A stretch of 62,050 bases of DNA, filler included. It is 8 parts of 8 records of this genome, joined end to end, with 100 filler letters (N's around TTAATTAATTAA, not from the genome) between each part and the next. Parts side by side here need not be neighbours in the genome. Positions count along the whole stretch, not along the records: positions 49,506 to 54,977 come from SRR31147125_36128; positions 55,078 to 62,050 come from SRR31147125_36138; 6 more parts are not named here. The stretch is one strand, 5' to 3'. The position numbers and the translations under genes are program-made. The stretch's first letter is position 1. The number at the start of each line of letters is the position of its first letter. The notes below the pieces were generated by a model. The model saw nothing but the letters and a program-made list of their open reading frames with translations, had not been told where the DNA came from and did no database searches. Positions 54,941 through 62,050 of this stretch are shown one piece after another.

Positions 54941-54974
54941 TTGCCCTTGACAGCACTCTTTCAAGGGCAATTAA
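54937..54974. terminator. 14-bp inverted repeat after luxR, probable terminator
   Basis: TTAATTGCCCTTGA-N10-TCAAGGGCAATTAA. Confidence 0.65.
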
Positions 54975-54977
54975 CCT

Positions 54978-55077
54978 NNNNNNNNNNNNNNNNNNNNNNN
55001 NNNNNNNNNNNNNNNNNNNNNTTAATTAATTAANNNNNNNNNNNNNNNNNNNNNNNNNNNNNNNNNNNNNNNNNNNN
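54978..55077. other. Artificial contig spacer
   Basis: N44-TTAATTAATTAA-N44. Confidence 0.99.
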
Positions 55078-55082
55078 AAAAA

Positions 55083-55138
55083 AACTTTGGCTTAAGTTCT
55101 GATCCATAGGTTTTGGTCAAAATGTTTAAGCCAAAGTT
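55083..55138. terminator. 13-bp inverted repeat downstream of the GH2 gene
   Basis: AACTTTGGCTTAA-N30-TTAAGCCAAAGTT, followed by a T-run on the minus strand. Confidence 0.45.
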
Positions 55139-55377
55139 CGTTCTAAAATTTTAAGGCAGTGTGCCTGTTAGTATTTAGAATGTATTTTTGCGTTCAATCA
55201 ATGGTATGAATCCTCAGGGTACAACCCTGAACCCGGAATTCCGATGCAGAGTATTGAGGTATACAACCACATAATACCGATACGCTTCACTATCGGGATT
55301 AGTTCAACTAACAAATTTCAGTACACTACGTTTCTGAAATTTGAGTTTCACTGTATAGAATCAATTCATTCTTCCGG

Positions 55378-57927
55378 TTATTCCGAAATTATAACCACCT
55401 CATTCGATTTTAAATCTCCAATATGGGCCGAAATATTAATTTCTCCAGCCTGCGTTGAGCTTTGTACAAATACAACTGCTTTTCCCTGGTAGGTTGTAAC
55501 CGAGTTTGTTTTATGATTTTCCACATTCATTTCCCAACCATTGTCAACTCCAATATTTTTGCCTGCTCCTGATATATCAAACTCAATTTTTTCATCAGCA
55601 TCGATAATTGGATTGCCATTTTCGTCGCGCAATTCAGCCGAAATTACTGTTACATCGTAACCATCAGCTTTCATGTTTGTCTTTGTTGAATTTAAAATTA
55701 CTTTGGCAAGTTTCCCGGTTGAATTCAGTACATATTCCGTTGCTTTTTGGCCATTGTTAAAACCAACAACCTTTAATTCGCCCGTTACATAAGGCACCAT
55801 CCATTTTATGGTGTTATCCTCGGCAAAATCGGCACGTTTTTGTTTGCCCAACGATTTCCCATTCAAAAACAATTCTGCTTCTTCACAATTGGTATACGTT
55901 TGAACGATAATCTCTTCATTGATTTCATAGTTCCAATAAGGATTCGTTTTGTACCACTCCCATTTACGCAACATCCTCCAAACTGGTGGCGCAGTATATT
56001 GCATATCGAATTTCCATCCATCCTTTTTAGTGAAAGAAAACTCAGATTCAGCAGATGGTGTAGTTACCATATAAACTTTAGGTTCTGGCTTCCATAAGCA
56101 TTCAAAAAAATGTCCACGAGCCGTTTTAAAACCGGCATAATCAAAAAAGGCAATTTCCAAACCCTTTCTTGGCCAAGGACCAGCTTCACCTAAATAAGCA
56201 AAACCTGTCCATGTAAAAATTCCAGCAACAAAATCACGTTCATTAATACTTTTCCACTCCGCGTAAGAGCCCCAGTTTTCAGAACCCAAAATCTTCAAAT
56301 TCGGATATTCTTTATGTGCGGCATCGTAATCTGCAGCTCTATAATTAAAACCAAAAACATCTACAGCAGTTCCGTAGCCACTTGCCATGCTCACTGACGG
56401 CAAAACACTACCTGCAGTAACGGATCTGGATGTATCAACGTCTTTTACCCAGGCAACTAATTGCTTAGCTGTTGTAGCTAATTCATCTTCTCCATCAATA
56501 TTTTTATGGAAAGCTTCTGTAACTGTTTTATTGTCGTAAATTGGGGTGTTTACATAACCTTGTGCACCTGTTTTTCCATTCACATCGCTATATGTTTTTG
56601 AATAATGAGGGAAAGTCCATTCAATTTCATTTCCAATACTCCACATTATTACCGATGGATGATTGAAATCACGACGAATTAAATCTTTCAAATCACGCTC
56701 GCCCCATTCATTAAAATACTCAGGGTACGATTTTGCCATTGGCCCTTTTGCTGCATTGTCTCCAATATACATAAGGTTTTTTCCCTTTGGCACCATCCAC
56801 TCGTCAAATGCTTCGGCCATAACAAGTATTCCCATTTCATCGCAAACTTCCATTAACTCTTTTGAATGTGGATTGTGCGACATACGAATAGCATTGCAAC
56901 CAATCGACTTTAATTTTTCAACACGGTATTCCCAAATGGCTTTTGGTACGGCAGCACCTACAGCACCCGCATCGTGGTGCAGGTTTACACCTTTTAATTT
57001 CATTGATTTGCCATTTAATGAAAAACCTTTTTCAGCATCGAATTTAAACGAACGAATACCAAAGCTTTCGATGGTTTCATCAACCAACTTACCATTTTCA
57101 CTTATGGCAACTTTTAATTTATAAAGGTTTGGATTTTCAACATCCCATAAAAGTGGAGAAGTTACTGTTAGCTCGCTTGAATTTTCCAGCTTGTTTTCCA
57201 GACTAATTTCTTTTTCAGAAACAATGCTATTATCGGGAGCCAAAATTTGGTAAGCAATCGAAACATTTTCAGCTTTTTCGGCCCCTGAATTTTCCAGACT
57301 CGTTTTAACACTTACGGTTGCTTTATTGCTTGAAACCTCAGGCGTTGTTACCTGAACCCCCCATTGAGCAATGTGTAAAGACGATTTTTTAATCAGTTGT
57401 ACTTTACGATAAATTCCCGAACCGGTATACCAGCGGCTATCAGCATAAGTAGTTCTGACGACCTTTACAGCCAACACATTATCGCTGCCATCGTATTTTA
57501 AATGCTTGCTTAAATCGTATGCAAAAGAGGAATATCCATTTGGACGGAAGCCCAATTTTTCGCCATTAATCCATACGGTTGAATTGTTATAAACACCGTC
57601 GAACATTACGGTAATTTGTTTCCCTTCGTCTTCAGCATTCAGCTTAAACGATTTTCGGTACCAACCAATGCCGCCTTTTACAAAACCTGTGCTTGCGGCA
57701 GTATTTTCGGTATGTTTATGGTAACCCATTTCAATACTCCAGTCGTGCGGCACACTTAGTTGTCGCCACGCCGAATCATCAAAATCAGCTTGATAAGCCT
57801 CGGGCGAATTGCCCAGATTAAACTTCCAGTTGTAGTTAAAGTCTTCGGTTATTCGTGCCGGTTCTTGCTTTGTTGAACAAGAAAACAAAAATATTGCAGC
57901 TAAAAATAATAGTTGGATTTTTTTCAT
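55378..57927 (-). CDS. GH2 glycoside hydrolase (beta-galactosidase-like) lipoprotein
   Basis: Lipobox LFSC, VPHDWS, FDGVY, GVNLHHD, IRMSHNP, acid/base WSIGNE, GSEN. Confidence 0.92.
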   Translation of the reverse strand: MKKIQLLFLAAIFLFSCSTKQEPARITEDFNYNWKFNLGNSPEAYQADFDDSAWRQLSVPHDWSIEMGYHKHTENTAASTGFVKGGIGWYRKSFKLNAEDEGKQITVMFDGVYNNSTVWINGEKLGFRPNGYSSFAYDLSKHLKYDGSDNVLAVKVVRTTYADSRWYTGSGIYRKVQLIKKSSLHIAQWGVQVTTPEVSSNKATVSVKTSLENSGAEKAENVSIAYQILAPDNSIVSEKEISLENKLENSSELTVTSPLLWDVENPNLYKLKVAISENGKLVDETIESFGIRSFKFDAEKGFSLNGKSMKLKGVNLHHDAGAVGAAVPKAIWEYRVEKLKSIGCNAIRMSHNPHSKELMEVCDEMGILVMAEAFDEWMVPKGKNLMYIGDNAAKGPMAKSYPEYFNEWGERDLKDLIRRDFNHPSVIMWSIGNEIEWTFPHYSKTYSDVNGKTGAQGYVNTPIYDNKTVTEAFHKNIDGEDELATTAKQLVAWVKDVDTSRSVTAGSVLPSVSMASGYGTAVDVFGFNYRAADYDAAHKEYPNLKILGSENWGSYAEWKSINERDFVAGIFTWTGFAYLGEAGPWPRKGLEIAFFDYAGFKTARGHFFECLWKPEPKVYMVTTPSAESEFSFTKKDGWKFDMQYTAPPVWRMLRKWEWYKTNPYWNYEINEEIIVQTYTNCEEAELFLNGKSLGKQKRADFAEDNTIKWMVPYVTGELKVVGFNNGQKATEYVLNSTGKLAKVILNSTKTNMKADGYDVTVISAELRDENGNPIIDADEKIEFDISGAGKNIGVDNGWEMNVENHKTNSVTTYQGKAVVFVQSSTQAGEINISAHIGDLKSNEVVIISE

Positions 57928-57942
57928 TTTTGGTTATTAGTA

Positions 57943-59568
57943 TTAAAAGAATACAATATAAAGTGCAACAACAATTACAACCAATATAATCGCCCAAAAA
58001 TCGAAACGGCTATAAAATGGTCGGTTGTTAAGTAATGCTTTGTCTTCATCAGAGAATGTACGGTCGATAATTGCTGATTGTGGAATAACTCCGGTTTTGT
58101 TGCGGAAAATGTACAAAATCACCCAGCAAATTATAAAGTCAACAATTACACGATTCAGGAACGGGATGGTTGGAATTAAATCCTGCGACTGAAGAATATT
58201 GATGATTATTGCCCAGGTTGGCCCTAAAATCATTGCCCACAGCGCACCTTTTGCGGTTGCTTTTTTGTAGAAGAAACCGGCAATAAAAATGGCTGAAATG
58301 GCAGGATAAGCAATCGACCAGTATTGTTGAATATAAGTAAAAATTGCATCGATATCTTGCAAGAAGTAACCAAAAATAGTAGCAATTATCAGGATACCCA
58401 CAATTACAAAACGCCCCATTTTAATAAGCTCCTGCTCTGTAGCTTTTGGTTTTAACATGGTTCGGTACACATCAAGCGTAATAATCGAACTACTTGATGT
58501 AAGCAACGATGCCACTGTTGACATTACCGCCCCCATTAAACTTGCCATTACCAAACCGGAAATACCCACCGGCAACAATTCTTTCAGTAAAGTTGGGAAA
58601 GCCAAATCGGCACGGTCGAGGGTTAACTCGCCTGCCAGCATTCCGTCGGTTGGGTCGTAAAGTGTAAATGCAATAATACCGGGAAGCACAACTAAAACAG
58701 GTACTAACAATTTCAGAAAACCTGCAAATACAAGACCCATTTGCCCGTGCCAGATATCTTTCGCAGCCAGCGTTTTTTGCGTAATAAACTGGTTGCATCC
58801 CCAGTAAAAAATATTGGCCAGCCAAATACCACCAAAGAAAACACCAATCCATGGCAACTCGGGATGGTCAATGGGTTGTACCATTCTAAATTTTTCGGGA
58901 GCAGCCTGAAACAGTGTTTTTAGTCCGTTAAGTGCTTCCCAGGTTTCGGCGTGGTTAAGTACACCAATTTTGCTAAGCCCAAGATAAGTAACCACCAAAC
59001 CTCCGGTAATTAAAATGGTAACATGAATTACATCGGTGTAAGCCACCGATTTCAGTCCGCCGTAAAGCGTATAGGCTCCCACCAAAAAGAAAAGTATGGC
59101 AAGCCCGTACAAAATCGGTAGTCCGAACAGCGATTGTATTGCCAGTGCACCGGTAAAAAGCACAACAGCCAGCTCGATAAAAATATATCCGAACAGGCTG
59201 ATAATGGCAAAGGTTATTTGCACTTGTTTGTTAAAACGGTTCGCCAGAAATTCCGGCATGGTTACAATCTTCGATTTTAGGAAATAAGGCAAAAAGAATT
59301 TACCTACCAGAATTAACACAATGGCAGCCAGCCACTCGTAACTGGCAATGGCTAACCCGATTGAAAAACCTTGCCCCGACATGCCAATAAAGTGGTGGGT
59401 TGAAATGTTGGCAGCAATTAAGGAGCCACCAATAATCCACCATGTTAATTTTCGTCCGGCAAGAAAATAATCTTCGCTGTCTTTGCTTTTGCCTGCCGAC
59501 ATTATGCCGATAACAAACACTACAGCGATGTAAAATATAAATACGATTAAGTCGATATTAAAGCTCAT
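57943..59568 (-). CDS. Sodium:solute (sugar) symporter, SSS family
   Basis: YFLAGR.L.WW.IG.SLIAANIS, YGGLKSVAYTD, YWGCNQFITQK.LAA. Confidence 0.93.
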   Translation of the reverse strand: MSFNIDLIVFIFYIAVVFVIGIMSAGKSKDSEDYFLAGRKLTWWIIGGSLIAANISTHHFIGMSGQGFSIGLAIASYEWLAAIVLILVGKFFLPYFLKSKIVTMPEFLANRFNKQVQITFAIISLFGYIFIELAVVLFTGALAIQSLFGLPILYGLAILFFLVGAYTLYGGLKSVAYTDVIHVTILITGGLVVTYLGLSKIGVLNHAETWEALNGLKTLFQAAPEKFRMVQPIDHPELPWIGVFFGGIWLANIFYWGCNQFITQKTLAAKDIWHGQMGLVFAGFLKLLVPVLVVLPGIIAFTLYDPTDGMLAGELTLDRADLAFPTLLKELLPVGISGLVMASLMGAVMSTVASLLTSSSSIITLDVYRTMLKPKATEQELIKMGRFVIVGILIIATIFGYFLQDIDAIFTYIQQYWSIAYPAISAIFIAGFFYKKATAKGALWAMILGPTWAIIINILQSQDLIPTIPFLNRVIVDFIICWVILYIFRNKTGVIPQSAIIDRTFSDEDKALLNNRPFYSRFDFWAIILVVIVVALYIVFF

Positions 59569-59655
59569 GGTTGAAAGGATTTGACCGAAGACGGAAGACC
59601 GGATACAGAATTAGTTTACCGGTTTTTCATCTCTTCAGCATTTATTGGTTTTTAT

Positions 59656-59793
59656 TTTTGAGCCATGCTTTAGCTTGGCGTTATTAAAAAAAATATAATT
59701 GAATGGCTTTAGCGTTTAATTCTTAAATAATTAATGGCTAAAGCCGATGCTTTGCATATTTTACTTTCACCGGGCTAAAGCCACGGTGCAAAA
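59656..59793. repeat. REP/REPIN-like element with GCTTTAGC/GCTAAAGC palindromes
   Basis: GCCATGCTTTAGCTTGGC, GGCTTTAGC, GGCTAAAGCC, CACCGGGCTAAAGCCACGGTG: two cores forward, two reverse. Confidence 0.65.
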
Positions 59794-59806
59794 CATTCTA
59801 ACAATA

Positions 59807-60814
59807 TTATTCTAACTGTGCTTTCGCAATATTTATAAACGTTAGCATATTATCCATGCTGGTATCGCTTTCAACCGAATGCGATGGCGAGAAAATATAA
59901 CCTCCGTCTTTTCCCAGTTCAAGTAAACGGTGCGATTCGGTAGCCACTTCTTCGGGTGTACCGAAAGGAAGGATTTTCTGCATAGACAAACCGCCATGGA
60001 AAGCCAAACGTCCCCGATATTCAGGTAAAATCGTGTAAATATCCATTACCTCGGGCTGGAAAGGGTTGAAACAATTTAATCCACATTCAATAAGGTCGTC
60101 GAACAATTCGTCAACATCGCCACACGAGTGAATCATTACATATTTTCCGTTATCGCGGGCAAAACCATACATACGTTTCAACTGTGGATACACGTATTCT
60201 TTCCACATGTCGTAACCGAAAATCAAACCACTTTGCTGTCCCCAGTCGTCGCCAAAATAAATGGCATCAATATCATACTCCATTGCTTTGGTCATTTGGG
60301 CAATGTTGTAATCTGCAATTTTTGTAAACAGCTCGTGTACAAAATCGGGGTACATCATCATGTCCATCAAAAGATTTTCCATTCCACGTAAACTCCAGGC
60401 ACGCTCGTACAAGCTAAAACCAATCTGGAACAAACGGAACAAGTCTGGTTTCTTTTCAATTTCAGGCTCAATATTCGCAAAAAAACGAGGGTCGTGAGGA
60501 TTCGGAAAAGTTACTCCCTCCATCGACGGTTCTGAGATAACATACGGACTTGTTGCATCGCCAATATCTTTATCAACGCTTCTGTCCCAAACCACACCAA
60601 ACACATCTTTCCACATATCCGGTGCAACCTCATCGAAAAAACCAATATCGCTACCCAGGTTTAAAATGTGGTTCCCCAGACAAATATCCAGATCTTCTTC
60701 GTTAAAATACTTTTGTAATTCTTGTTTTGGTTCTTCAGTAAATTTAAACGACCATGGCACATAAGGAGGCTTTTTGCCATCGAGCACCATTTTTATTACT
60801 TCACGTTTTGTCAT
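59807..60814 (-). CDS. Uroporphyrinogen decarboxylase/MtaA-CmuA-like family protein of unknown function
   Basis: [51 protein letters not shown]. Lacks the HemE MRQAGR motif. Confidence 0.85.
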   Translation of the reverse strand: MTKREVIKMVLDGKKPPYVPWSFKFTEEPKQELQKYFNEEDLDICLGNHILNLGSDIGFFDEVAPDMWKDVFGVVWDRSVDKDIGDATSPYVISEPSMEGVTFPNPHDPRFFANIEPEIEKKPDLFRLFQIGFSLYERAWSLRGMENLLMDMMMYPDFVHELFTKIADYNIAQMTKAMEYDIDAIYFGDDWGQQSGLIFGYDMWKEYVYPQLKRMYGFARDNGKYVMIHSCGDVDELFDDLIECGLNCFNPFQPEVMDIYTILPEYRGRLAFHGGLSMQKILPFGTPEEVATESHRLLELGKDGGYIFSPSHSVESDTSMDNMLTFINIAKAQLE

Positions 60815-60855
60815 GATGATTTTATTAGTTTTTATTTTTAAATATTTTGCACGTT

Positions 60856-60943
60856 TTGTTGAACCCTGTCAGGGTTCTCTTTTTCCTTATTTCTGTTCCC
60901 GGGTTTTACCCGGGGTTATTGTTGTTGAACCACTTTGTGGTTC
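60856..60943. repeat. REP-like triple palindrome
   Basis: GAACCCTG-T-CAGGGTTC, CCCGGGT-TTT-ACCCGGG, GAACCAC-TTT-GTGGTTC; TGTTGAACC occurs twice. Confidence 0.65.
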
Positions 60944-60986
60944 TTAGTCCATTCCTCTCCAATAAACTTTAATTGCAGTATATGAA

Positions 60987-61097
60987 TTGCCGTTCATAAG
61001 CCCCAACAATAATCGGGCTTTAGCCCATAATTCAAAACTTTAGACTAAAGTCCATTATTTCAGCATTTCAAAATCCCTCGGTTAAAACCGACGGCAA
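60987..61097. repeat. Second REP/REPIN-like element of the CTTTAG-core type
   Basis: Termini TTGCCGT...ACGGCAA; internal GGGCTTTAGCCC, GACTAAAGTC, TCGGTTAAAACCGA. Confidence 0.65.
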
Positions 61098-61219
61098 AGG
61101 ATAAAATCTGATAAGGTTCAACATCCCAGTAAAACTTAGAACTTTCACGGTACAATTTTAGAGATTGATATTTTCAATTTTTTAAACTATTTTGCCAATA
61201 ATTTAGTTATTTTATCCTT

Positions 61220-62050
61220 GTGGAAGTTCAAAGAGAAAATAAAGCACTTTCGGCAGAACTGGAGAATGTAGAAATTTCGCAAAGTTCATCGTTTCATGTC
61301 GACAGATATCGCGATTGTTTTTTTCGCCGGCCCTGGCATTACCATCCCGAATTCGAACTTCTTTTAATTACAAAAGGTTATGGCACCAGAATGGTTGGCG
61401 ACCATTTCGAAGATTTTACAGCCGGCGATTTGGTGCTACTTGGCGGCAATCTTCCCCACGCATGGATTTCGGATCCGGACTTTAAAGCCGATGAGAATAA
61501 TGAAACCTGCTGCGAATCGATTTTCATTCAATTCAGAAAAAGTGTGTTTGGCACCCATTTTATCGACATGCCCGAAATGGCAAGCATCCGCACCATTCTT
61601 AAAAAGGCCGAACGCGGAATAAAAATTACGGGCAAACTCCGCGATGAAATAACCTGGGAAATGAAACATATTGAAGGGCAAACTCCGCTGGAACAAATGC
61701 TAACACTTATTCGTTTGCTCGACCTTATTCAGAAAAGCGATTACGAAGTTCTGGCATCGGCAAATTATGCGCAACGCGGAATTTTTAAATCGGAAAAGAT
61801 GACCACGGCGCACAATTACCTCATGCAGAATTTTAAACACGAGATTGATGTAAATAGCTGCGCCGAACATGTTGGAATGACCACAACCTCTTTTTGCCGC
61901 TTTTTTAAGAAACACACCAACGTAACTTTTTCGGTTTATCTAAACTATCTCCGAATTAATTTCGCCCAAAAACTTTTACGCAACACTAAACTGCCCATTA
62001 AAGAAATTGCCTTCGAATGCGGCTATGTTTCGGTGGTTTATTTCAACCAG
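61220..62050 (+). CDS. AraC-family regulator with cupin domain (runs off the window end; absent from the ORF track)
   Basis: Open from GTG 61220: PWHYHPEFELLLITKGYGTRMVGDH...LLGGNLPHAW...FCRFFKKHT...IKEIAFECGY. Confidence 0.9.
   Translation, partial: MEVQRENKALSAELENVEISQSSSFHVDRYRDCFFRRPWHYHPEFELLLITKGYGTRMVGDHFEDFTAGDLVLLGGNLPHAWISDPDFKADENNETCCESIFIQFRKSVFGTHFIDMPEMASIRTILKKAERGIKITGKLRDEITWEMKHIEGQTPLEQMLTLIRLLDLIQKSDYEVLASANYAQRGIFKSEKMTTAHNYLMQNFKHEIDVNSCAEHVGMTTTSFCRFFKKHTNVTFSVYLNYLRINFAQKLLRNTKLPIKEIAFECGYVSVVYFNQ

Noticed and set aside
59807-60814. Call as hemE
   Set aside because: No MRQAGR motif and no tetrapyrrole context; family-level call only.

Overview
This window is not one locus. 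It is eight unrelated contigs joined by identical 100-bp artificial spacers (44 N + TTAATTAATTAA + 44 N), i.e. a concatenated metagenomic assembly. Taxonomic labels are inferred from gene content and composition. (1) 1-5494: GC-rich alphaproteobacterial Tad/Cpa pilus locus (cpaC-cpaE-cpaF-tadB-tadC). (2) 5595-14715: Desulfobacterota-like; sensor histidine kinase, metallophosphoesterase, pseudo-receiver/Ser-Thr kinase fusion, a degenerate MotA/TolQ-like protein probably fused to a large membrane-anchored unknown protein, alpha/beta hydrolase, partial GH114. (3) 14816-25957: Desulfobacter-like; a GNAT converging on an operon of Cache-HAMP-SpoIIE phosphatase, output-less membrane sensor, sensor-fused MFS transporter and orphan ABC-type binding protein, then Ni/Co-uptake accessory genes, CBS protein, LysE and dapF. 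(4) 26058-31387 and (5) 31488-38014: Gfo/Idh/MocA + DUF1080 sugar-oxidation clusters. (6) 38115-49405: Bacteroidota rhamnose/sulfated-glycan locus. (7) 49506-54977: AHL-type LuxR divergent from an MMPL/LolA-like/outer-membrane-barrel operon. (8) 55078-62050: Bacteroidota UroD-family/SSS/GH2 operon with an AraC regulator and several REP-like palindromes. About 14 reading-frame breaks, nearly all in homopolymer runs, look like sequencing errors, so I rejoined the split ORFs. I recognised no rRNA, tRNA, CRISPR array or transposase. The best candidates for undescribed systems are the SpoIIE/sensor/sensor-MFS/SBP (+GNAT) module and the kinase/phosphatase/MotA-like-fusion cluster.
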